Positions 7,745 to 17,259 of a DNA stretch of 24,000 nucleotides are shown here, piece by piece (the stretch's first letter is position 1; each line of letters starts with the position of its first letter). Source of the stretch: Candidatus Heimdallarchaeota archaeon (lineage in GTDB: Archaea > Asgardarchaeota > Heimdallarchaeia > Heimdallarchaeales > Heimdallarchaeaceae). The notes beneath the pieces were generated by a model that was not told where the DNA came from, did no database searches, and worked only from the letters and a program-made list of their open reading frames with translations. The stretch spans positions 48,101-72,100 of the forward strand of contig DXJF01000097.1 of NCBI GenBank assembly GCA_019057375.1, in the 5' to 3' direction. The position numbers and the translations under genes are program-made.

Positions 7745-8434
7745 ATGAAGAAGATTGTACTAAAGTTTGGTGGTTCTGTTTTATACAAAGAAGAAATGGT
7801 TCTAAATGTTGAGAGAATAAAGGAAATTGTTGAAACCATTAACACCCTCCATGATGCAGGGCATAAAGTTGCTGTGGTTGTTGGAGGAGGAAAATTAGCG
7901 AGAGTTATCATTCAAGCAAGCGATGTCCTTGGACATGTATCTACTTTCAAAGACATTCTTGCAGTGGAATCAACTCGAATTCATGCTTTGCTAGTAATTG
8001 CTTCACTCCAAAATAAAGCATATTTGCTTGTTCCTCGTTCATTCGAAGAAATTGGTAAAGCACTCTCGACTGGAAAGATTGTTGTTACTGGAGGTCTTCA
8101 ACCAGGGCAATCTACAAATGCTGTTGCAGCTCTTGTAGCAGAATACTGGGGCGCTGATTTACTGATAAATTTGACAAATGTAGATAAGGTCTATGATAAA
8201 GATCCCAACCTGTTTGAAGATGCTAAACCTTTAGATGAACTTTCAGCGGATGAACTGTTGGAGATTATATCAAAACAAGATGAAGAACCAGGTAAATATG
8301 CCCTCTTTGACAGAGTAGGATGTGAAATAGTGAAAAGATCCAATTTAAGACTAATATTTACAAATGGTTCTGATCCTAAGAACATTTTGAGAATTGTTGA
8401 TGGAGAAAATATTGGAACTGTAGTTAATGGATAA
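7745..8434 (+). CDS. pyrH: uridylate (UMP) kinase, archaeal
   Basis: MKKIVLKFGGSVL...VAVVVGGGKLAR...TGGLQPGQSTNAVAALVAEYWGADLLINLTNVDKVYDKDP. Confidence 0.92.
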   Translation: MKKIVLKFGGSVLYKEEMVLNVERIKEIVETINTLHDAGHKVAVVVGGGKLARVIIQASDVLGHVSTFKDILAVESTRIHALLVIASLQNKAYLLVPRSFEEIGKALSTGKIVVTGGLQPGQSTNAVAALVAEYWGADLLINLTNVDKVYDKDPNLFEDAKPLDELSADELLEIISKQDEEPGKYALFDRVGCEIVKRSNLRLIFTNGSDPKNILRIVDGENIGTVVNG

Positions 8435-8449
8435 GTCTTTCTTTTTTTT

Positions 8450-9721
8450 CTAATAACTATCATATGTTTTGTATCGGAGAATTGCTGCTATCCCACCAAA
8501 TGCATTGTATAACATAGCCCCATCCTCATGATCGGATGAAATGACCTCTAGTGTGGCACCAGTATTCTCGGCTTTTTCATTCAATTCAGTTATTAAATCA
8601 CTTTCACTTTCAATATACAATTTGGAATTTCCGCAATCAGGACATTTTTTATCAGATAATTTTTTTACGAAATCATTGTAATCTTTGCTTTTTACCGACT
8701 CAATGGTTGAGTAATCACACCCATCACATCTAATTTCCATATTAATTCTATCTACATCCTCACTTACTAAAACAATATCAACAGCTGCTTTTTCTAATGC
8801 TTCCAAAACTTCCTTTTCTCCATAAGTAACTAGTCCTGTGTCTTTTCCCAAATGTTCCATGAATTTTTGTGTGAGTTGGCGCTCCTTAACTAACTCAAAA
8901 TCAGACAATTTATCTGCAGCTTTATCTAGAAGTTCTCGAATCCCTACTGAGCCCAAATATCCAATATCATAGATTCCTATGACTTTTTCAAGCAATCGAT
9001 AATCAATTTCCTTACTTTCCAAAAATTCTGCTTTTGATAAAGCTGGACCACCAACAACTATTGCTTCAACAGGATAATCTTCAAGATAAACAGTATTCAT
9101 GATATCTGCAATTTTGCCATACCATCTTTGAGCCGCTTCTTCAGTTAATCTTTGAAAACGAGCTTGAGACTGACCACCCATTTTATGTTTACCAGGAACA
9201 TTAGATTCTTCTTCACGAATTATATCTAATCGGGAGCCTTGAACAGTTGCTAGTGTTGCTCCTCCTCGAGCAATTAATGCTAACCCATACCTTTGTTTGC
9301 TTTCTAACATCTCTTTAAGATGATCAATATGAAATACATAATCACAGAGATAGAGCTTAATTCCTACGGGATCTGGAGGGCTAATTAGGAAAAACTCCAC
9401 CTTATTGTTTTGAGTAATTCCACAGAAGATAACAAGACCATTTACTCCAGAATCAGGAATAGTTTTTATCCTAGACATGATAGAGGAAAGCGCAGATTGG
9501 ACAGCTTTTCCAGTGCTTTTGTCTTTAATATTTGTTGCAGTTCCGTATTCATCACGCAACTGGGCATTAACATCAGATAACCTAGTACCGGGAGGAATAT
9601 ATAGGGTAACTAAACTTGTAGACATGTTAAAACTTTTTTTGGACTCTAATTTGTCTATTTCATGTTTTAACATATAACGTTCTACTGATGTTCTTTTCTT
9701 TTCTTCCTGTTTCTTTGTCAT
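8450..9721 (-). CDS. prf1: archaeal peptide chain release factor subunit 1 (aRF1)
   Basis: Tail-to-tail with pyrH. GGQ motif in GKHKMGGQSQARFQRLTEEAAQRWYG; C-terminal zinc domain CDGCDYSTIES...CPDCGNS. Confidence 0.95.
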   Translation of the reverse strand: MTKKQEEKKRTSVERYMLKHEIDKLESKKSFNMSTSLVTLYIPPGTRLSDVNAQLRDEYGTATNIKDKSTGKAVQSALSSIMSRIKTIPDSGVNGLVIFCGITQNNKVEFFLISPPDPVGIKLYLCDYVFHIDHLKEMLESKQRYGLALIARGGATLATVQGSRLDIIREEESNVPGKHKMGGQSQARFQRLTEEAAQRWYGKIADIMNTVYLEDYPVEAIVVGGPALSKAEFLESKEIDYRLLEKVIGIYDIGYLGSVGIRELLDKAADKLSDFELVKERQLTQKFMEHLGKDTGLVTYGEKEVLEALEKAAVDIVLVSEDVDRINMEIRCDGCDYSTIESVKSKDYNDFVKKLSDKKCPDCGNSKLYIESESDLITELNEKAENTGATLEVISSDHEDGAMLYNAFGGIAAILRYKTYDSY

Positions 9722-9887
9722 GGTATCTCCTCGGAGTAAGGTAAACTAAAGAACTATGCTTCAGTATAGCACTTTAGACAAAATTTCAAGATTTGTTATT
9801 ATCTTTTTGGTTATGAGTCTTTAGAAATGATGAGAAATAATAGGGAAATATTTTTAGAAAGAACAAATAGTTAACATTCTGATAATA

Positions 9888-10142
9888 ATGGTAGAGAAAC
9901 AACAGATAGAAATTGATTTATTAGATATTTTTGTTTCGCTAAATAGGGGTTTGAATCTCTCAGATGTAATGTTTCAGCTAAATAATCTTTATGCTCCTAA
10001 AGGAGAAAGTGTGGAGCAAGAAGTGCTCATGGAAGTTTTAAATTCATTAACAGAAAAAGATTATTTGAAGAATTTTCAGGTGGGAGCATTAGATAGTTGG
10101 AAAATCACTGATGAAGGAGAAGATTATTTCTATAATCTCTAA
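9888..10142 (+). CDS. small hypothetical protein, possibly winged-helix
   Basis: 84 aa intact ORF in apparent operon with next gene; ...VLNSLTEKDYLKNFQVGALDSWKITDEGEDYF is winged-helix-like. Confidence 0.6.
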   Translation: MVEKQQIEIDLLDIFVSLNRGLNLSDVMFQLNNLYAPKGESVEQEVLMEVLNSLTEKDYLKNFQVGALDSWKITDEGEDYFYNL

Positions 10143-10168
10143 TTGTAAATAAGTAAGAGAAGAGTAGA

Positions 10169-10927
10169 ATGGAATTAAGGGAAAGTACAGGATTACCTAT
10201 TATTAGTGAAGAGACTGTACTAAAATATAGTGAAAGTGAAATTAGTGTAAAAGATGTAATAATTCACAGAACCAAGGACATTTCCAACTTCTTGTTGAAA
10301 AAAGAATGGGAAGGAAAAGATGAGGAAGAAGAAGTGTTTAGAATCTATAAAGGAATAAGGAAAGTAGTAGATAAACACCTTTGGGATGTAATGAGATTTG
10401 ATTTCTTAATTATCCAAGCTGGAAAATTAGGAGAAGAATGTTACAAGACTTCTGGTTACTATAGATCCTTTGCAGGTACAGGATACCGTTTTTCCGAGAT
10501 CTATCAAGTTGTTGAAGGATATTCGGAATTCTTAATCCAACAATTCGGGGAGACCCATGAGAAAATTAAAGATGCTGTAATGATAAGGGCACAAAAATTT
10601 GATACTGTTATTGTACCTCCTTCTTACGGAGTTTCGATAATTAATCCAAGTGACCAAAAAGTTGTTCTTGCAAGAATCCGTGCAGACGATGCTAAGGAAA
10701 TTAAGGATGACTATGAAAGAACAAAAGGGGAATGTTATATTAGGGGAGAAGAAGGGAGATGGATGTATAATGAGAACTATCATGAAATACCCAATCTGAG
10801 ATTAGAACCACCTCAAAATAAATGGAGATCTTTGAAAAGAGGTATTCCGATTTATAGTATATATGTATACAAACCAAGAATATTTGCACCTTTATTAGAA
10901 CCAGACCCAGCTGACTATGTTATTTGA
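10169..10927 (+). CDS. cupin-type archaeal glucose-6-phosphate isomerase homolog with degenerate metal site
   Basis: KLGEECYKTSGYYRS...RFSEIYQVVEGYSEFLIQ...VIVPPSYGVSIINPSDQKVVLARIRADDAKEIKDDY aligns by eye to the archaeal PGI cupin pattern (TKGHFH...EVY...G.LLQ...VPPYWAHRTVN.GDEP..FLAIY.ADAGHDY). Confidence 0.6.
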   Translation: MELRESTGLPIISEETVLKYSESEISVKDVIIHRTKDISNFLLKKEWEGKDEEEEVFRIYKGIRKVVDKHLWDVMRFDFLIIQAGKLGEECYKTSGYYRSFAGTGYRFSEIYQVVEGYSEFLIQQFGETHEKIKDAVMIRAQKFDTVIVPPSYGVSIINPSDQKVVLARIRADDAKEIKDDYERTKGECYIRGEEGRWMYNENYHEIPNLRLEPPQNKWRSLKRGIPIYSIYVYKPRIFAPLLEPDPADYVI

Positions 10928-10936
10928 TTTTCTCAT

Positions 10937-11428
10937 TTAATCATCTTTTCCATAGATTTCTTCGTCAGTCCAACCTGTTGAACGTTTTAGTAACCATTGT
11001 ATTTGTCCTAAGTGTCTATGTTCATGATTAATTAGTCTAATTAAATAAATTCGTCGTTGCATTTTACCTTTCCACATGTCAATATATTCTTCTTCTTGCT
11101 CAGATGTTAAAGAGGATAGGTTTTTACTTAGTAATGGTGATATTTTGTCAAATTCCTCGATTAAATTATCTAAAGATACTTGATCATGTATTTCTTCTTC
11201 AAGATCAATTGCAAGTTGAGATGGTTTTTGTGATTCAGTGGGGAGTTTGTCTAACATCCATTGAATGTTCATTAAGAGATGCCTGAAAATTAGTTCCGGA
11301 CTCCAAGTTTTTTCAGTTTGTTTATAATGAAAGTGCTTTTTGAGAACTTTAGAAAAAAAACCAAGAAGTTTTTTCCTATCCTCTTCAACAATGCTATAGA
11401 GTTGTTGTATTGAAACCATAACTATCAA
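10937..11428 (-). CDS. DinB-like protein
   Basis: Four-helix pattern with conserved His positions: WSPELIFRHLLMNIQWML ... RLINHEHRHLGQIQWLLKR. Real start may be an internal ATG (MVSIQQLYS). Confidence 0.65.
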   Translation of the reverse strand: MIVMVSIQQLYSIVEEDRKKLLGFFSKVLKKHFHYKQTEKTWSPELIFRHLLMNIQWMLDKLPTESQKPSQLAIDLEEEIHDQVSLDNLIEEFDKISPLLSKNLSSLTSEQEEEYIDMWKGKMQRRIYLIRLINHEHRHLGQIQWLLKRSTGWTDEEIYGKDD

Positions 11429-11557
11429 CTAGATTTAGTATTCATACACTCTTATAATTTTTCTACAAATGAGAGCAAAAGAAGTAAGGAAAGAACAAAA
11501 TAACTAAAAAGAGAAGTGTAAAAAGATAATAGTAGAATGCGACTAGATAACAAGAAG

Positions 11558-11669
11558 TGGTGGGGCATAGCAGATTTGAACTGCCGACCCCCCGGTTTTT
11601 GAGTTAAATGCTTAACAAACAAATAACATATCAGCCGAGTGCTCTAACCAAGCTGAGCTAATGCCCCGT
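11558..11669 (-). tRNA. tRNA-Ile(GAU) with 32-nt intron at 37/38 (intron 11597-11628), CCA encoded
   Basis: Acceptor GGGGCAT/ATGCCCC; D arm GCTC...GAGC; anticodon stem CTCGG/CCGGG with loop CTGATA-A; T arm CAG TTCAAAT CTG. Intron contains GTTAA/TTAAC hairpin. Confidence 0.92.
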
Positions 11670-11853
11670 TCTTACTGCATTCTTCCTAATTTATTACTTT
11701 TAAAAATGTTTTCTTATAATTCTAAAAAAGAAAAGAAAATGCATAGTAATAAATTAAAGCACCCATACTTTCACGTTACAAGCTAAAGAAAGAAGGAACA
11801 TGGTTAGTCTATTGTAAGACATTTTTTTATGCTAATCTCTCCTAAGAAGAGTT

Positions 11854-12075
11854 CTACTCACTGTCATTCTTTGAGGTGTAAAATGGAGATTTTTTTTCGT
11901 TTTTCAACATTCGAATCAATCTATCCATCCCTTCAATTTCTTCTACACTTACTCTTGGTTTTTCCTGTAATAAATCCTGAAATCTTAAAATCTTATTTCT
12001 ACTGTCCACACTAATCTCTATCTTAGGGTTTGATTCTGTTAATTTTTCAGATTCCTCTATCATTTGCATAACCAT
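11854..12075 (-). CDS. small hypothetical protein, paralog of 12272..12481
   Basis: 73 aa; shares xxILRFQDLLQEKPRVSVEEIEGMDRLIRMLKN with the next ORF. Confidence 0.7.
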   Translation of the reverse strand: MVMQMIEESEKLTESNPKIEISVDSRNKILRFQDLLQEKPRVSVEEIEGMDRLIRMLKNEKKSPFYTSKNDSE

Positions 12076-12271
12076 TTGTTACTTTAGTTCCCAACCCTAT
12101 TTTGCATAATGATAGGATGTATTACTTACGTATTTGCCAGATGAATATAAAGGACAATTAAAATTCTATACTGTACTTCTTTTGTAACTTTATGAGACCA
12201 TCAAATGAATTTGATGATTCCATTGAAGCTGGTGCTGATTTTTTTCTTTTTTTGGGCAGAACACTAAGTAA

Positions 12272-12481
12272 TTATTTTCCAGTACTTTTTGGAGGCTTAT
12301 ACGAGAATTTTGCAGCGTTTTTTAGCATCTTTATCAGTTTGTAGGTATCGTCTATCTCTCTTACACTAGCTCGAGGTTTTTCTGTAAGCAAATCTTCTAT
12401 TTTGAGAATAACTCTCCCTTTATCTGGTTTTGCAGACAACTTAGGAATAGATTCAAGTGTTCGTTCTATTTTTTTAACCAT
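12272..12481 (-). CDS. small hypothetical protein, paralog of 11854..12075
   Basis: 69 aa; VILKIEDLLTEKPRASVREIDDTYKLIKMLKN aligns gaplessly to the neighbour. Confidence 0.7.
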   Translation of the reverse strand: MVKKIERTLESIPKLSAKPDKGRVILKIEDLLTEKPRASVREIDDTYKLIKMLKNAAKFSYKPPKSTGK

Positions 12482-12614
12482 TCAGAATCACAGTACTTAT
12501 TTCTTAGTCTTAAGAGCTTAACTATTTTCTTTTGATAGAATGTATTACTTGGATATTCATTATTTGCTTGTGAAAGACAATTAACGTTTTATAGTAACTT
12601 TTCACTGTTTTCAT

Positions 12615-13034
12615 ATGTCTCCATCAAAAGAATCAGATGCTTCTGTCGCTGCAGGAGCTGACTTACTTCTAAAGGGTTGGAAGATGATCAATAAGGCATG
12701 CCCTGTTTGTGTAGAACCTCTTTATGAAAAAGATGGAAAAGTTGTTTGTGTAAAATGTAAAAAAGAATATGTTCTGGTGGATTCAAAATCTGAAATGCCC
12801 CCAACTAAAACATCAGAAGCTCAACAACCAGCAGCAAGTTCTTCACCAAACAATTTCAGTTCATATGATTTCAGCTCTTTACCTCCTGCTTTAGCAGATA
12901 CCGCAAAGATAATGCTGGAAAAAATAACCGATCTGAATGCCAAATTAAAAGAAACATCAGATCCCAAAGAGATATCATCAATTTCTTCTTCAATTCGTTC
13001 TCTTATTGATTCTCTCCGTTCTCTGAATTCTTAG
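12615..13034 (+). CDS. Sjogren/scleroderma autoantigen-type zinc-ribbon protein (UPF0148-like)
   Basis: GADLLLKGWKMINKACPVCVEPLYEKDGKVVCVKCKKEYV, characteristic N-terminal region and zinc ribbon. Confidence 0.8.
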   Translation: MSPSKESDASVAAGADLLLKGWKMINKACPVCVEPLYEKDGKVVCVKCKKEYVLVDSKSEMPPTKTSEAQQPAASSSPNNFSSYDFSSLPPALADTAKIMLEKITDLNAKLKETSDPKEISSISSSIRSLIDSLRSLNS

Positions 13035-15492
13035 GTTCTTTTTTTACTTTTTCTCTTTTTAAGAACTCTAATTCATCCTTCATACCCTTTATCTCTTCTC
13101 CCGTCTCAATTTCGTTATAGTTTGTATAAATAAAATCAACTATGTCAGAAGCTATTTTCTCACCAACACCACGTACTTCAAAGAAGTCCTCTAATTTCGC
13201 ATTCATAATTTCTTTAACCGACCCAAAATGCTTCAACATTCTACTAGCTATCTTGTGGTCGACATGTGGTAACGAAGCAATAGCTTCCTCTAACTGCGAC
13301 TTAAGACCTATTCCCTTTCTCTTACCAATTGAAATACTTCTTTTTCTCTCTTCTTGTTCTCTTCTTGCCAAAGCAAATAGAATTTCTGCTGTTTCTTTCT
13401 GATTTTGAGTGTGAATAATTGGGAGTCTGAAATCTGTAGCTAAAGAAGTTAAAGCTCCAGCAAGTGCATGTGGGTGAAGTGACGAACTGAATAAATTGAA
13501 GTCTCCTTCTAAAATCATTACAGGTTTTGCACAACTCTCAACTAACACTTTTGTTTGTGAGAATAATCTCTTATCTAGAATTGATTTGATGAAATCATCA
13601 CCTGTTTTTCTCTCAACTACAACTTGGTCTGAACAAATGTAGTCACCAATATCCAATCTTTCAAATCCTAGTTCTACATCTTTGTTCATCAATTCTTTAA
13701 TAACGACTGAATTTCTTTCTCTACTATCACAAATTACTTTGATTTTTCCCTTTTCTTTAACGAATTTAACATCTTTAGTTTCTTTTTCGAGGTTTTCTGG
13801 TTCTTCTAGTTTTTCTTCTTGATATTCTTGTGTCTTGGTTGAAACTTTTTCTGCTTCTTTGAGAAAATCCATAATTCCCTTTTGTTTATCTTTCGTTGCT
13901 GTTTCTTTCTTTTTTAAGGGTCTTTCAAGCCTCTTCACGAGTTTTTTCATTTTTTGTGCTTGTCTCTTAGATGCCCACATGTATGCTTCATCTCTAGTTC
14001 CCTCAGCGATGAGCATAATTACTTTTCCTTCCTTTCTTCTTCCTGTCCGTCCCTTTCTCTGAATTAATCTGATAGCACTTGGGACAGCATCATAGAAAAT
14101 TACTAACTCACACTCACCAATGTCTAACCCTTCTTCTGCAACACTAGTTGAAACTAATGAGTTGTAAGTTCCATCTCGAAAAGATTGCATAATTTCAATT
14201 TGTTCTTTCTGGGAAAGACCTTTGTCACCTCTTGCGGAAGATTGCCCCACAAACCAATGGGATTTTATTCCATTTATTTTGTTTAGTTCTTCACTAATTA
14301 TTTTGGCAGTTACTCTGAAATGTGCAAAAATAAGTATTCTGTTGTTTGGATTATTCGATAATTCCTCAGTTACAATCTCTTTTAATCTTTCAATTTTCGG
14401 GTGAATATTTTTCTCTTCTTGAAGAATTTGAACAGATTCTACAACTTGTCGCATTTCATCTGAGAACATTAATTCTTTTAGTGCTCTACTTCCTTTCCCA
14501 AACTTAATCTCATTAATTTGTTTTTCTAAATATTTACTCAATGAAGGTATTCCTTGTGTTTCAATAAGTTCTATGGCATGAGATAATCGAATTGAATTAC
14601 CTACTAAAGACATGGCTCTGAAGAATTCTGTTCTATCTTCTTGATCTGAATTACTGTAGATTTCATTTACCCTTGCTCTTAACTGTAATAATTCCCTCCT
14701 AGGATTATTTTTTGGGGAGACCGATTTAATAATTTTAAGTTCTTTTAATCCCTCCAGGATAACCTTGAAGAGATCATTTAGCGTATCAATAATTGTTTTA
14801 AATTCGTCTGATAGTGGAATAATTTCCCAGCTTTCATCAATTTTATGTATATATTGCCTAACATCATCTGAACTTTCATCACGCATTTCGATGTTAGTGA
14901 TTCCAAGATTAGATTGAACTTCATCAATTCTTTCAATTTTTGAACCAGGACTAGCGGTTATACCAAGCAATAAAGGATTGGTTGCTCTTTTAAGATATTG
15001 TTCCGCGATGAAAACATAGCTATGGTCTCCGACAGCTTTATGTGCTTCATCTAAACACAGAAAAATAATTTCTTCCAATTTGACTCTTCTTTGAATTATG
15101 TCATTCTGTATAGTTTGAGGCGTAGTAATGAACACTTGGCCATTATCCCAAATCTCCTTGCGTTTCTTTGGATCAATTTGTCCAGAAACTTGAACAATCT
15201 TATCTTGATCAATATTTAGTGATTTACGGGTTGTACGCTCATGCTGGTCAAGTAAGGGTTTTGTTGGAGCACAAAAAACGATTTTTCCTTCTGGAAATTT
15301 CTCTAATCTCTGTGCAGTAATCATCAGATAAAGAACTGTTTTACCTAACCCTGTTGGTAAAATAACAAGGGAATTTTCCTTTATACAAGAAGCAAAAAGA
15401 GTCTGTTGGTATAATCTTGCTTCAATTGTATTTTGCTTAATCAAAGGATGATTTAGGTATTCAGTCTGGTTCATTTTAGACCACAATAACAA
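13003..15492 (-). CDS. hef: Hef-type helicase/nuclease (SF2 helicase, ERCC4 nuclease, HhH); probable start at 15471
   Basis: Walker A PTGLGKTVLYL, DEAH in CLDEAHKAVG, motif VI RLIQRKGRTGR; ERCC4 nuclease DSRERN...VVERKTGDDF; C-terminal HhH PHVDHKIASRMLKHFGSVKEIM...VRGVGEKIASDIVDFI. Confidence 0.93.
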   Translation of the reverse strand: MLLWSKMNQTEYLNHPLIKQNTIEARLYQQTLFASCIKENSLVILPTGLGKTVLYLMITAQRLEKFPEGKIVFCAPTKPLLDQHERTTRKSLNIDQDKIVQVSGQIDPKKRKEIWDNGQVFITTPQTIQNDIIQRRVKLEEIIFLCLDEAHKAVGDHSYVFIAEQYLKRATNPLLLGITASPGSKIERIDEVQSNLGITNIEMRDESSDDVRQYIHKIDESWEIIPLSDEFKTIIDTLNDLFKVILEGLKELKIIKSVSPKNNPRRELLQLRARVNEIYSNSDQEDRTEFFRAMSLVGNSIRLSHAIELIETQGIPSLSKYLEKQINEIKFGKGSRALKELMFSDEMRQVVESVQILQEEKNIHPKIERLKEIVTEELSNNPNNRILIFAHFRVTAKIISEELNKINGIKSHWFVGQSSARGDKGLSQKEQIEIMQSFRDGTYNSLVSTSVAEEGLDIGECELVIFYDAVPSAIRLIQRKGRTGRRKEGKVIMLIAEGTRDEAYMWASKRQAQKMKKLVKRLERPLKKKETATKDKQKGIMDFLKEAEKVSTKTQEYQEEKLEEPENLEKETKDVKFVKEKGKIKVICDSRERNSVVIKELMNKDVELGFERLDIGDYICSDQVVVERKTGDDFIKSILDKRLFSQTKVLVESCAKPVMILEGDFNLFSSSLHPHALAGALTSLATDFRLPIIHTQNQKETAEILFALARREQEERKRSISIGKRKGIGLKSQLEEAIASLPHVDHKIASRMLKHFGSVKEIMNAKLEDFFEVRGVGEKIASDIVDFIYTNYNEIETGEEIKGMKDELEFLKREKVKKEPKNSENGENQ

Positions 15493-15618
15493 TTTGCATA
15501 TGATGTTTTATATTTGAATATATAAATAATAGTTCTTTTCTTATCCATTGCTCAAGTTAATGCATCTTGGATACAAAAGTCTTATAATGAAGAAATAATA
15601 GAAAGGAGGATATCCATT

Positions 15619-17115
15619 ATGAGCTCTAACAACAATGATTCTGAAATACCTTCAGGAACCCAGTTGAAAATCTTTACTCTGGTGAGCGCTGTAGGTGTAG
15701 GAGTTTTCATGTCTTCCTTAGATGCATCTATTGTAGTAGTGATTCTAGAACAGATTGGAGCAGATTTCGATGTTTCTCCACCTATATTACAATGGGTAAT
15801 ACTTTCCTATCTTCTAACTATGATGGCTTTTACAATGGTTGCAGGAGATTTAGGAGATAGATATAGCAACAAAAGAATTTTCCAATATGGGATGGTTCTT
15901 TTTGCAATAGGATCCCTTTTCTGTTATTTGTCAATTGAGTTCCTTCTTAGATCAATATGGTATTTAGTCTTTAGCAGAGTAATACAAGCAGTTGGAGCCA
16001 CTGGAATGATGGCAAATGGGATGGCATTAGTAACAAGATTTACAACAAAAAAGAATAGAGGAACTGCAGTAGGAATAAACAATGTTGTTATTTCTCTAGC
16101 TGTAATCTCAGGACCTGTTTTTGGATCTGTTATAAGTCAGTATTGGCATATTGGTGGTGTGTTTTTGATTAATCTTCCAATTGCGGTTATTGGATTGGCG
16201 CTGGTACATTTTAATATTCCAAAAACTCCACCATTAACAGAAAGGAGAACAGCAGATTATCTTGGGTCTTTTCTATTTGCAGTATTTCTAATGATTTTAG
16301 TTTTAAGCTTCAGCGTCTTTCCTGAAACAGACACTATACCTAATGCAAGAATGTGGGCGGGGATAGCCTTTGGTTTCAGCCTTTTTATTCTTCCATTTTT
16401 CATATTGTGGGAAAGAAAAACGTCTTCTCCTCTGATTGATTTCAAGATGTTAAAGAACAGGAAGATTTCAATAGGTTTAGTTACCGCTATATTAAAACAT
16501 CAAGGGTATATAGTTATTATTTTTCATTTTGTCTTGTTTTTACCGGAATTTGGAATAACGCATACTCCAATAGAACTTGGTTTGGTGCTTGCAGGAGTAG
16601 CTGTTGGTATGGCAATTTTTGCAGCAGTTTCAGGAAAATTATCGAACACAGTTGATGCAAGATATTTATGTACTGGAGCAATGTTGTGTGTTGCTATAAT
16701 GCTTGCTGTTCTTTCAGCATTAATTGATGTTAATGCTCATCTGTCACTATATATTGTCTCAGCAATTGTGGTAGGTATCTCTATAGGAATGTTTCAATCC
16801 CCCAATGGCAATAGTATTATGAGTGCTGCACCAAAGGAAAAACTTGGGATTGCAAGTGCTTTACATGGTTTAACAACTAGTGTAGGGATAAGTTTGGGAA
16901 CAGCACTTTCTACAGCTATTCTTGCTTTGGTAGCAAGTCTTGCTTCAACTAAAAATGGTCTACCTATGTATGGAGAAGTAAATTGGGCAATTGGACTCAA
17001 ATGGGTATTTGGAGTATATGCGGTAATGACCTTTTTGGGAGCAGTTCTATCCTATTTCAGAGGACCAGAAGATAGAAGTGATGATGAACCTATAGAAAAA
17101 GTAATGAAAACTTAG
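15619..17115 (+). CDS. MFS transporter, DHA2 / EmrB-QacA-like, 14 TM
   Basis: 498 aa; SLDASIVVVILEQIGADF, GDLGDRYSNKRIFQYGMVLFAIGSL, multiple TM helices; GGAGG upstream of ATG. Confidence 0.9.
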   Translation: MSSNNNDSEIPSGTQLKIFTLVSAVGVGVFMSSLDASIVVVILEQIGADFDVSPPILQWVILSYLLTMMAFTMVAGDLGDRYSNKRIFQYGMVLFAIGSLFCYLSIEFLLRSIWYLVFSRVIQAVGATGMMANGMALVTRFTTKKNRGTAVGINNVVISLAVISGPVFGSVISQYWHIGGVFLINLPIAVIGLALVHFNIPKTPPLTERRTADYLGSFLFAVFLMILVLSFSVFPETDTIPNARMWAGIAFGFSLFILPFFILWERKTSSPLIDFKMLKNRKISIGLVTAILKHQGYIVIIFHFVLFLPEFGITHTPIELGLVLAGVAVGMAIFAAVSGKLSNTVDARYLCTGAMLCVAIMLAVLSALIDVNAHLSLYIVSAIVVGISIGMFQSPNGNSIMSAAPKEKLGIASALHGLTTSVGISLGTALSTAILALVASLASTKNGLPMYGEVNWAIGLKWVFGVYAVMTFLGAVLSYFRGPEDRSDDEPIEKVMKT

Positions 17116-17259
17116 TTTGTTTTCATTCTTTCTTTCTAGTTAAGAAAAGTTGACGAAGTTTTTAAAATGGTTTTTATCTTCATGAAAACATAGAGGCTTT
17201 ATATTAATTGGGTGTAATCACTCCATTTTTAAAGCAACAAAAAACAGCAATATTAAAGG

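Noticed and set aside
11829-12014. 61-aa plus-strand ORF overlapping the small paralog
   Set aside because: Antisense to the ORF supported by paralogy with 12272..12481.
13003-13034. 32-bp overlap between UPF0148-like gene and hef as possible frameshift or misannotation
   Set aside because: They are convergent genes with intact, family-consistent sequences; a short tail-to-tail overlap is ordinary.
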